Shown here one piece after another: positions 56,710-64,000 of a stretch of DNA of 64,000 nucleotides. Position numbers and translations under genes: made by a program. Every line of letters starts with the position of its first letter. The first letter of the stretch is position 1. The DNA lies in the IMG/VR virus record IMGVR_UViG_3300043447_000250, positions 1-64,000 of that record. One strand, written 5' to 3'. The notes below the pieces were generated by a model. That model was not told the DNA's origin and did no database searches. It worked only from the letters and a program-made list of their open reading frames with translations. The stretch is from a virus (lineage: Duplodnaviria; Caudoviricetes).

Positions 56710-59165
56710 TGGCACGGTTTACTGGAGCAGATGGTGGCAATAATGGTGCATCAGCACTTAACTATGTTCAAGTAGCAGGCACACCTCAGACAATCTCGTC
56801 TGCACCTAATTCAATTGTTGATCTTAATATTACAACAACAGGTAAGCCTGTACAAATTTCCGTAACTGGTGAAGGTGCTAATGCAAATGCTGGTTCTTGG
56901 TTAAGACTTAATTTATTCCGTGACGATGTTGAAATCGGAAATGCTATTCAGATGGAGTCATCTGCAGCATCTGAAAATGTTCCATTTGCAATTAACTTTA
57001 TTGACGATGTTCAGGCAGGTACATACAACTACTCTGCTCGTGTTACAACACTTGCTGGAGGCAACTGGACATTTGGCGAGGCTGCTGGTCCTGTTATGAA
57101 TGCCGTTGAACTTACAGGATTTAAGGGTGATCGTGGTCTTAGAGGACTTACTGGTGATCAAGGTCCACAAGGTGAGCCTGGTCCTGCAGGATCTGGTGGT
57201 GGAGATTTAGTTATTCCAACAGCAATCAAGGATGAAAACGATTCTGACTTTATTACTTTTACAAGAACAAATACTGGAACTGCCCGTATTGATGCACCAC
57301 AGGATGACCTCTCACTTCGTTCTGCTGCAGACATCACTCTTTATGCTGGAACAGATGGACCAGGAAACGTTTATATTGGTTGGGGAGATGCAGAGTATAC
57401 TCCTGACTCACCAAACCGTGTAGCAACTATTGGAGATATTCAGGCAGAATCAAATCATGGAGATTTCTATTTTGATGCAACAACACTAAAGGTAGATTCT
57501 TCAAATGATATGGTTTTAGAAGCAAACGAAGGTGATGGAACTATTGCTGCACAGATAAAAGTTGGTGCTGGATATGTTCCAATTGATATCGCTGCCTATG
57601 AAGTACAGGAAAATTCATTTAATACTGGAGATTGGTCTGCAGCCGAATGGCAGCAAGATGGTTATGGTGCAGGACTGATTGCTTTAACTGGTATGACAAA
57701 CTTGGAACAATATCTTAATAACTTTAATGGGGATTTTCAAAAGATTCTTATAAATAACTCTACACTAGTTGTTTATAACGGCGCAAGTTATGGTGGCGGA
57801 AATGCAACTATCTATGTTTCTGAAGCACCAATAGAAACAACAGCAGTTAACGATTTAACTTTTATTCAGTCCCTTCGTTCTGGCTTAAGAATTGATCTAG
57901 ATGATTCACAAATGGATCTCAATGCCCCTAACATGGACCTAGGTCTTTATGCAGGAGATGATCTAGACATTAGTGCTGGAGATGACATTAGATTCTATTC
58001 TAACAACAATAATAACAGTTATCAGTGGAGAATGACTTCAGACGGAATGTTTGAACTTCCAGGTGATGGATATATTTCAAATCCTTCACAGTCTTCTGGC
58101 GATGGATATAATAATGACACAATTCATATTGTTCCAGATAGCGATTTAAATTCAGATCAGTACTTAATTATTGATCCAACCGCTCCAAACCATATTCATA
58201 TTCGTGCAGGTGGAACACAAGATTCTTCCAATGCTGATTTAATTATTGGCGGGGAACTGACCAATGTAAGAGTATCTGATGGAGACAGAAATGTAACTAT
58301 TAGTTCAAAGCCACTTCCACAGTCAATGGCTCATCTAAATGTTAATGCTGTACCAGGAGATAATTTTATAACAAACGATGTTGTAACTGCTACTCCAGGA
58401 TGGACAGTAGAAGTAGATGGTATTTCATACCAAATCTCTGATGTTTATTATGACAATCCTTCACCAGGACAGACTACCATGGTTGCTCCAGGTGCAATTT
58501 TTATTTATGAAGGAGTTTACAATGTGTTTGCTCCACAATCTACACTTCAGTGGGAATTTGATTACAATGGAACTCTATATGGTCCAGCAGGAGGTTATGT
58601 AACTGTTGCAGGAATTACAGGAGAGCCAGGGGATAACATATTTAATGTTGTTGCAGATCAAAATCTTGTATTGCAAAATGGTGAAGGCTATGGAGCATAT
58701 CTAAATGACTCTAACAGTGGTTTAAACCAGATTGCAACAATTGGAGATTTAAACAACATTTATTCAGGCGAGGTGTCATTTACTGTTAATGGTGGCTCTC
58801 TCGGAACAATGCCAACATTTAATGGTGCCCCACTATTTAGCGGTACATATGTAAAGACAGGACCAATGGTACACTTCCAGATCCAAGTAGATATGGATAA
58901 CATTACTAACTTTGGTACTGGACAATATTATGTTGATCTTCCATTCCCTGCAAAATACGGGTATCAAGTAAGAGAAGGATGCTTACATGATATATCTGCA
59001 GATAAGCAATACGCTATAGGTGGACATGTATTTGCAGGAGAGTCTAGATTAAAATTATTCTTTACTGATACAAATGGACAGGATCAGGAGTTTGATCATA
59101 ACAGTCCAATAACACTTGCTATTGCAGATAACTTCCATGTTTCTGGTACATACATAACTGAGTAG
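56709..59165 (+). CDS. Collagen-motif fibre/structural protein
   Basis: G-X-Y run GFKGDRGLRGLTGDQGPQGEPGPAG; repeated ATIGD motifs; tail-fibre-like C-terminus (GTYVKTG..GTGQYYVDLPF). Confidence 0.65.
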   Translation: MARFTGADGGNNGASALNYVQVAGTPQTISSAPNSIVDLNITTTGKPVQISVTGEGANANAGSWLRLNLFRDDVEIGNAIQMESSAASENVPFAINFIDDVQAGTYNYSARVTTLAGGNWTFGEAAGPVMNAVELTGFKGDRGLRGLTGDQGPQGEPGPAGSGGGDLVIPTAIKDENDSDFITFTRTNTGTARIDAPQDDLSLRSAADITLYAGTDGPGNVYIGWGDAEYTPDSPNRVATIGDIQAESNHGDFYFDATTLKVDSSNDMVLEANEGDGTIAAQIKVGAGYVPIDIAAYEVQENSFNTGDWSAAEWQQDGYGAGLIALTGMTNLEQYLNNFNGDFQKILINNSTLVVYNGASYGGGNATIYVSEAPIETTAVNDLTFIQSLRSGLRIDLDDSQMDLNAPNMDLGLYAGDDLDISAGDDIRFYSNNNNNSYQWRMTSDGMFELPGDGYISNPSQSSGDGYNNDTIHIVPDSDLNSDQYLIIDPTAPNHIHIRAGGTQDSSNADLIIGGELTNVRVSDGDRNVTISSKPLPQSMAHLNVNAVPGDNFITNDVVTATPGWTVEVDGISYQISDVYYDNPSPGQTTMVAPGAIFIYEGVYNVFAPQSTLQWEFDYNGTLYGPAGGYVTVAGITGEPGDNIFNVVADQNLVLQNGEGYGAYLNDSNSGLNQIATIGDLNNIYSGEVSFTVNGGSLGTMPTFNGAPLFSGTYVKTGPMVHFQIQVDMDNITNFGTGQYYVDLPFPAKYGYQVREGCLHDISADKQYAIGGHVFAGESRLKLFFTDTNGQDQEFDHNSPITLAIADNFHVSGTYITE

Positions 59166-59204
59166 TCTGTAAATACAAATAATATTAATGATCTTATTAA
59201 TTTA

Positions 59205-59873
59205 TTATCTATATTTTTTTATATTTCTGTATGACTTCTTGTAATTTTTAAATAGTTTACTATGCTTATCTATTTTGTCACTAATACTCTTGGCAAACTC
59301 TTCCTTGGTTGCAACTTCCATAGTCCACTCATCTCTTTTAAAAGGAAGGATCTGAGCAATTGGAGTTCCTTTAGGTATAACACCCTCAAACTTTAAATCA
59401 TTAATAACCATTGGAAAATTGATTGGAAATATATAGTTGTCTGTATCTACAATCCCAGGAAGTATGGTAAAAACAGACTCCCTATGATTTGGATTAACCA
59501 CTTCAATTGAGTATCCAGGAGGTGTTTGTATTGACCAATAGTTCTTTAACTTTGGATAATCTTGACCATTTGCGTATGGATGAGATCTTGCCTGCTCAAT
59601 AGAATGAGATAAAATTAAATCAAAGTCCTTAGACTCAAATGTTTGAACGCCATTAATAATTTTTACATTAATATCTTGAGGCAAAAGAATTAAATATCCA
59701 GCAGTAATAGAGTCAAAAACTGGCATGCATTTTTTTATTGTTGGCTTATCTTTTTCCTCATGAAAATAACTCTCCATATCCTTATACCATCCTGGAACTA
59801 CCTGGGAGGCTGGTACAGGCTGAAGCAGGTCAGGGTAACTTGAAGTGTTAATAAACTTAATTATTTTATGCAT
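59205..59873 (-). CDS. Unknown-function family protein (DUF6065-like), copy 3
   Basis: PVPASQVVPGWYK..TIKKCMPVFDSITAGY..GIVDTD..GVIPKGTPIAQILPFKRDEW; leaderless promoter. Confidence 0.65.
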   Translation of the reverse strand: MHKIIKFINTSSYPDLLQPVPASQVVPGWYKDMESYFHEEKDKPTIKKCMPVFDSITAGYLILLPQDINVKIINGVQTFESKDFDLILSHSIEQARSHPYANGQDYPKLKNYWSIQTPPGYSIEVVNPNHRESVFTILPGIVDTDNYIFPINFPMVINDLKFEGVIPKGTPIAQILPFKRDEWTMEVATKEEFAKSISDKIDKHSKLFKNYKKSYRNIKKYR

Positions 59874-59939
59874 ACTAAAAGTATATCATGCGTGAAACTG
59901 CTTTATTTTAAGAATATTTATATATGCTATAATTATATA

Positions 59940-60662
59940 ATGACTGATATGCCAGAAAACCCAATAATGCCAACTCAGACCTACGAGGGTTGTGAGTGCG
60001 ATACATGTGCAGAAAATAATACATCTTGTGCCAACTGCCCTGATTGTGGAGGTAAAGATGCAGAGACAGAGATGGCTGAATATGATGCATCAGTAGGTAA
60101 GTCAGACTGTTGCCCAGAAGACATTTCTAAGCAAGCACCTTGTTGGGATGGATATGTACAGCGTGGTATGAAGCCAGGAGATAATGGTAAGCCAGTTCCT
60201 AACTGTGTACCTGCAGCAAAAGCAGATGACCTATGGGAAGATGATGACACAGTAGTTTATGAAACAGATACAGTATCTAAGGCTGATGGATATTCACCAC
60301 CAGCAGGAGCAAGATCTGCTGCTCGTAGAGCAATTAAGTTTAAGGAAGATGGTAAGGCTAACGGTGCAGGAACATCTGTTGGCTGGACTAGAGCGGGGCA
60401 GTTAGCAAGAGGAGAGACAATTTCTCTTAGTACTGTTAAGAGAATGTACTCATATTTCTCACGCCATGAAGTAGACAAGAAGGGTAAGGACTGGGGAAAC
60501 TCAGCAAATCCTTCTAATGGATACATCATGTGGCTAGCATGGGGTGGAGACGCAGGTTTCTCATGGTCAAGATCAATTGTTAATCGTGAAAAAGATAAAG
60601 CATTGTTTGCTGATTTTGGAAAAGATTACACTAACAACAAGACTGAAAGGTACTTAATATAA
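59940..60662 (+). CDS. Multi-module protein, probably virion/head-associated
   Basis: TGCTATAAT-6-ATG; Cys-rich module, CWDGY..G.K..VPNCVP module, and RAGQLA...KRMYSYFSRH...WGGDAG domain. Confidence 0.6.
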   Translation: MTDMPENPIMPTQTYEGCECDTCAENNTSCANCPDCGGKDAETEMAEYDASVGKSDCCPEDISKQAPCWDGYVQRGMKPGDNGKPVPNCVPAAKADDLWEDDDTVVYETDTVSKADGYSPPAGARSAARRAIKFKEDGKANGAGTSVGWTRAGQLARGETISLSTVKRMYSYFSRHEVDKKGKDWGNSANPSNGYIMWLAWGGDAGFSWSRSIVNREKDKALFADFGKDYTNNKTERYLI

Positions 60663-60790
60663 TGCCAAAGAAAAAAGCAGGAGCATTTAACGACACACAG
60701 ATCAAAGACGGTTGGATTGTTAAAATGCGTAAAGATGGAACAGTAAAGTCTCAAGTTGCACCTTACGAACCAAAGCATCCAAATAAATAA
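60662..60790 (+). CDS. Small basic protein (42 aa; not in the ORF track)
   Basis: MPKKKAGAFNDTQIKDGWIVKMRKDGTVKS; coupled. Confidence 0.5.
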   Translation: MPKKKAGAFNDTQIKDGWIVKMRKDGTVKSQVAPYEPKHPNK

Positions 60791-60794
60791 CTTG

Positions 60795-60866
60795 CGTCCC
60801 TGATAGGATTCGAACCTATGACCTACACCTTAGAAGGGTGTCACTCTTCCGCTGAGTTACAGAGAC
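60795..60866 (-). tRNA. tRNA-Arg(UCU)
   Basis: Cloverleaf folded by hand; anticodon loop CT-TCT-AA; TTCGAAT. Confidence 0.9.
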
Positions 60867-60870
60867 CTTG

Positions 60871-60944
60871 TACACCAGGTAGGACTTGAACCTACGATAA
60901 CCGAATTATGAGTTCGGGGCCTTAACCAACTTGGCTACTGGTGC
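60871..60944 (-). tRNA. tRNA with CAU anticodon (elongator Met or Ile2)
   Basis: Loop CT-CAT-AA; no initiator GGG/CCC anticodon stem. Confidence 0.85.
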
Positions 60945-60960
60945 TTATTAAGTTTTATTG

Positions 60961-61031
60961 CTCTCCCCCCTGGATTCGAACCAGGATTGCCAGTGCCAAA
61001 AACTGGAGTCCTACCGTTGGACGAAGGGAGA
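60961..61031 (-). tRNA. tRNA-Gln(UUG)
   Basis: Loop TT-TTG-GC; U1-A72; G73. Confidence 0.9.
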
Positions 61032-61042
61032 TAACCTTCCTG

Positions 61043-62197
61043 TTAGGGAAGAATCTGGAATGACGTAGTGGTTACCTTAGACTCACTCCAAATATTGTTT
61101 CCACCTACAGATGCAGATAAACTACAAACTCCAGGTGCAATAAACTTTATCAACTTGCCCTGGATCTGGCAAGTCAAAGGTGTTGTAGATGTTACAACTG
61201 GTGCAATCGTAAAACCAACTACTGGAGCCTTTGATGATGCATAAAGATATGCATTCCAACTAGGTCCACCTGTTGCACTCCATACAGCCATTGAGTATGT
61301 TTTTGCAAATCCACTAAAACTAATAGATTGTGCAAACTTTGCTTGCATTGAGTAGGAAAGGTTGGTTGCTGATGGAACAATCTTTGGATAGGTAAGTGGA
61401 TCAACAAATTCTGTCGAACAGGTGTATGAGTTCTTATTAATAGTTACCCCAAGTGCTGCTGCTTCTCCTGCATCTGCAGTTCTATTCCAACAGGCTGTTG
61501 AGGGGCTTCCACCGCTCATAAAGACTGGTGCCTTGATTGCACTAATTCCTGTCGAGCCAGTTGTTGAGATGTATGTCCACTTATCAGCAGAGTTACAACC
61601 GTATGCGTTGCATGATGCAACATTGACTACATAAAGAGTGCTTGGTTTTAGACCTGTTGCTGAAAAGGTAGTATCCAAAGATACTGAATCAACAGCCACT
61701 GGTCCTGGGTCACCATTTGCCTGTGACTCCCAAACATTTACACGGTACCCATAAAGCGAAGCACCACCATCATTTGTATTAGGAACCCAAGCAATGTCAA
61801 CAGATGTATCTGACTTAGCAACTGCAAGTGGTCGCTGAGGTGCGTAAGGAATGGATGCAGCCTTAACTGGATTAGATGGTACAGATGCAATTCCAATTCC
61901 ACCAGCAGAGTTTACAGTTACAGTAAAAGTATAAGTATTTACAAAGCCTAGTTGTGCTGTTGCAAACACACATTTTACGTTTGTAGCACCAGACGCTGTA
62001 CAGATCTGTCCTGTATTTGAAGTAACAGTATAAGACTTAATACCTTTGGTATCTGATGGCAATGTCCATCCAACCATGTATCCAAGATCTACACGATAGT
62101 ATGCACTCACGCCAGTTACAGTTCTAGATTCAGCAGCCTCTGCTGGATAGACTCCAATAGATAGCAAAGTAGCCAATATCAAAAAAATCTTTTTCAT
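61043..62197 (-). CDS. Secreted fibronectin type III domain protein
   Basis: Signal peptide ending AEA; two FN3 repeats (W..P...Y.V...TGLKPSTLYVVNVAS.N). Confidence 0.8.
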   Translation of the reverse strand: MKKIFLILATLLSIGVYPAEAAESRTVTGVSAYYRVDLGYMVGWTLPSDTKGIKSYTVTSNTGQICTASGATNVKCVFATAQLGFVNTYTFTVTVNSAGGIGIASVPSNPVKAASIPYAPQRPLAVAKSDTSVDIAWVPNTNDGGASLYGYRVNVWESQANGDPGPVAVDSVSLDTTFSATGLKPSTLYVVNVASCNAYGCNSADKWTYISTTGSTGISAIKAPVFMSGGSPSTACWNRTADAGEAAALGVTINKNSYTCSTEFVDPLTYPKIVPSATNLSYSMQAKFAQSISFSGFAKTYSMAVWSATGGPSWNAYLYASSKAPVVGFTIAPVVTSTTPLTCQIQGKLIKFIAPGVCSLSASVGGNNIWSESKVTTTSFQILP

Positions 62198-62229
62198 ATG
62201 TTTTTTCCTTTTTTTAGTAGTATGTATTA

Positions 62230-62258
62230 AGTATACATCCTTGAAGTGTGATTGTCAA
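62230..62258 (-). promoter_or_regulatory. Sigma70-type promoter
   Basis: TTGACA-17 nt-TATACT on the - strand. Confidence 0.75.
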
Positions 62259-62261
62259 ATA

Positions 62262-62666
62262 CTAAACAGCAAAACTATCTGAAACTTCTTGAGAATATCT
62301 ATCTATAATATTAAGCAAGTGTGTGCTAGTCCCAGGATAAAACTGATTAAAAAAATCTTTATAGCGACCAAAAAGTAATAAAGACCCTGAAAACTTAGCA
62401 AAGTATTCCATATCTGGAACAAAGAACCAGTCTCTCAAATGATTAGATAACTTTTCTAGCACCTGTCTGTTTCTTATATCCTCTATATCAACATTTTCAC
62501 GAACAAGTTCTACTAGGTCATTCATAATCTCAGTAGCCTCACCAGACATAGTTATCCAGTCCTGCCTTGAATACTGATTTATTCTTTCTTTTGCTTCAAC
62601 TACAAATTTGTCATCTGGCTCATTGGCCTTCCAGTCAATCCACAAAGACATACAAGATATATTCAT
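62262..62666 (-). CDS. Stand-alone TipAS-like domain protein (leaderless)
   Basis: True start is probably ATG 62666 (TGGTATAAT-6-ATG); YSRQDW..EATEIMNDL...H..WFF...RYKDFFNQFYPG pattern. Confidence 0.55.
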   Translation of the reverse strand: MNISCMSLWIDWKANEPDDKFVVEAKERINQYSRQDWITMSGEATEIMNDLVELVRENVDIEDIRNRQVLEKLSNHLRDWFFVPDMEYFAKFSGSLLLFGRYKDFFNQFYPGTSTHLLNIIDRYSQEVSDSFAV

Positions 62667-62689
62667 TAAGCAATTATACCAACAATTAG

Positions 62690-62761
62690 TAGCCCCAACG
62701 GGAATCGAACCCGTCTTGCCAGATTGAAAATCTGGAGTCCTAACCGATAGACGATAGGGCC
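62690..62761 (-). tRNA. tRNA-Glu(UUC)
   Basis: Loop TT-TTC-AA; canonical T arm. Confidence 0.9.
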
Positions 62762-62765
62762 TTAG

Positions 62766-62845
62766 TCCGTTATCTTGGAATCGAACCAAGCATGCTATTA
62801 GCGGGGGATTTACAGTCCCCTGTCCCACCTTGGAACATATAACGG
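62766..62845 (-). tRNA. tRNA-Tyr(GUA), atypical
   Basis: Loop CT-GTA-AA, long variable arm, C1-G72, unusual D arm. Confidence 0.75.
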
Positions 62846-62849
62846 AAAG

Positions 62850-62932
62850 CGGAAATAATAGGATTCGAACCTATGGATCTTGCGATCTACGATTTAGCAA
62901 ACCGTTGCATTCGGCCTCTCTGCCATATTTCC
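62850..62932 (-). tRNA. tRNA-Ser(GCU)
   Basis: Loop TT-GCT-AA, long variable arm, G73. Confidence 0.9.
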
Positions 62933-62937
62933 ATTTG

Positions 62938-63010
62938 CTGGGGATGCAGGCCTCGATCCTGCGACTTGCGAATTAACAGTTCGCCACTCTACCAACTGAG
63001 TTAATCCCCA
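62938..63010 (-). tRNA. tRNA-Asn(GUU)
   Basis: Loop CT-GTT-AA; T loop ATCGAGG. Confidence 0.88.
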
Positions 63011-63067
63011 TAGAGTATAAAGTATAACATGAAAAGTAAGTCTAGGAACAGACCAACCCTGATGTCG

Positions 63068-63141
63068 TGCTTCTCACAGGAGTTGAACCTGTAACACCCA
63101 GATCCTAAATCTGGTGCCTCTACCAATTGGGCTAGAGAAGC
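63068..63141 (-). tRNA. tRNA-Leu(UAG), short variable loop
   Basis: Loop TT-TAG-GA; 5-nt variable region; A73. Confidence 0.85.
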
Positions 63142-63144
63142 AAT

Positions 63145-63312
63145 GTAAGCGGGGATTGACTAATTCCCCCTTACTGACTCTATACTAAATATCCTACGAG
63201 TAGTAGCAACCATGGACACACTCGTTCCTGCGGTAAGGTTAGTACCGTTGCTAGATTTCAGTCTAGTCCCTACACCGTAATAACGAATACGATAACGAGT
63301 GTTAGTCACTAC
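63145..63312 (-). ncRNA. Unidentified structured RNA inside the tRNA array
   Basis: Two stacked 9-bp helices closing a junction with three hairpins, plus a 3' hairpin; no ORF in the track. Confidence 0.6.
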
Positions 63313-63316
63313 ACTG

Positions 63317-63387
63317 CAGGCTCTCTAGGAGTCGAACCTAGGCTTACCGCTTTGGAGACGGTAGTGCTTCCGTAACACTTAGAACCT
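63317..63387 (-). tRNA. tRNA-Trp(CCA)
   Basis: Loop CT-CCA-AA; G73. Confidence 0.88.
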
Positions 63388-63388
63388 G

Positions 63389-63462
63389 TGGAGCGAGTGA
63401 CCAGAATCGAACTGGCACAACCAACTTGGAAGGATGGTGCACTACCATTATGCAACACTCGC
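63389..63462 (-). tRNA. tRNA-Gly(UCC), CCA encoded
   Basis: Loop CT-TCC-AA; U73-CCA. Confidence 0.9.
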
Positions 63463-63485
63463 AATTACTCTATTTAATTATACTG

Positions 63486-63558
63486 TACCCGAAGTGAGAT
63501 TCGAACTCACGCTTGGTAAATTTTAAGTCTACTGCCTCTACCGCTGGGCTATTCGGGC
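63486..63558 (-). tRNA. tRNA-Leu(UAA), short variable loop
   Basis: Loop CT-TAA-AA; 5-nt variable region; A73. Confidence 0.85.
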
Positions 63559-63563
63559 AAACC

Positions 63564-63719
63564 TTAGTTTGCTAACAAGCCAATTAAAAAGCCAATTAAA
63601 AACATTGATGTTCCAATAACCCAGTGATATCTACGCATAAGATAATCTTTAACAATCTTATCTTGAATAGATTCTGGAACCTCTACGTACTTATCTCTAC
63701 CAACTTCAATCTCATACAT
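63564..63719 (-). CDS. Small membrane protein (51 aa; not in the ORF track)
   Basis: SD AGGAGG; C-terminal hydrophobic helix. Confidence 0.55.
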   Translation of the reverse strand: MYEIEVGRDKYVEVPESIQDKIVKDYLMRRYHWVIGTSMFLIGFLIGLLAN

Positions 63720-63813
63720 CTTTGTCCTCCTGGTCAACACCATAAGTCATAGTTACATAACATACATAGAATCCTGCAGCAAATGCGGGGATAATGAATA
63801 ATGCATCAATCAT
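63712..63813 (-). CDS. Small membrane peptide (33 aa, leaderless; not in the ORF track)
   Basis: TTTACA-17-TATACT-6-ATG. Confidence 0.5.
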   Translation of the reverse strand: MIDALFIIPAFAAGFYVCYVTMTYGVDQEDKDV

Positions 63814-63849
63814 ATATTAAGTATACCTCAATCGAATAGTTTTGTAAAG

Positions 63850-63978
63850 TTAAGCCAAAGATGCATCTGGCATTGTTTCACCACAAGGGCAAATGATAGA
63901 CTCAGGAAGTTCGTGGACCTCAGTCTCAATAGTGATAAGAGTTTTGCACTCTGAGCAAGCATAAGTAATTTTTGTCAT
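63850..63978 (-). CDS. Small Zn-ribbon protein (42 aa, leaderless; not in the ORF track)
   Basis: CSEC...CPCG; TGGTATCAT-6-ATG. Confidence 0.55.
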   Translation of the reverse strand: MTKITYACSECKTLITIETEVHELPESIICPCGETMPDASLA

Positions 63979-64000
63979 GTATTAATGATACCACAGTATG

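Noticed and set aside
62667-62828. N-terminal extension of tracked ORF 62262..62828
   Set aside because: It runs through tRNA-Glu and tRNA-Tyr; a leaderless promoter points to ATG 62666
63145-63316. tRNA-associated theta/HDV-like ribozyme or YrlA Y-RNA
   Set aside because: Could not place P3/L3/P1.1 or the catalytic J4/2 motif, and there is no T-arm; kept as an unidentified RNA
1-64000. Stop-codon reassignment
   Set aside because: Genes are intact in code 11, TAA/TAG/TGA all end genes, and no suppressor tRNA is present
1-64000. Reverse transcriptase, DGR, retron, integrase or transposase
   Set aside because: No such motifs in any ORF, and no template/variable repeat pair noticed

Overview
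This window is a 64-kb fragment of a large, AT-rich tailed dsDNA phage with siphovirus-type tail genes. The host is very probably an actinobacterium, based on whiB, a DnaE-type polymerase, many leaderless genes, and surface proteins resembling those of freshwater Actinobacteria. Gene order on the + strand: end of major capsid gene, head-tail joining genes, tail tube, two tail chaperones, a 3468-aa tape measure, and tail-tip genes (1-23.8 kb); replication/recombination genes DnaB, primase, SSB, DnaE, MazG-like, RecA, Hjc-like, Cas4-like and RuvC-like (23.8-35.3 kb); terminase (36.1-38.5 kb); a separately promoted module of secreted and membrane proteins (38.5-43.1 kb); a long accessory region with an HslV-like protease, 2OG-Fe(II) oxygenases, a glycosyltransferase-like gene, CHAP endolysin, thermonuclease, thioredoxin, WhiB, an APS-kinase/nucleotidyltransferase fusion, Hsp20 and a collagen-motif protein (43-60.8 kb). 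An 11-tRNA array lies on the - strand (60.8-63.6 kb). The most notable observations are: (1) tail chaperones G and GT appear to be made from two duplicated genes instead of by a programmed frameshift; (2) an unexplained, highly paired ~170-nt RNA sits inside the tRNA array; (3) non-canonical tRNAs (C1-G72 Tyr; two Leu without a long variable arm); (4) a ROSE-like thermometer precedes hsp20, and a structured pseudoknot element follows it; (5) a secreted PA14 protein seems to start at an ATC codon; (6) an oxygenase/glycosyltransferase cluster is accompanied by a repeated unknown protein family. All functional calls come from motif recognition by eye; no database searches were run.
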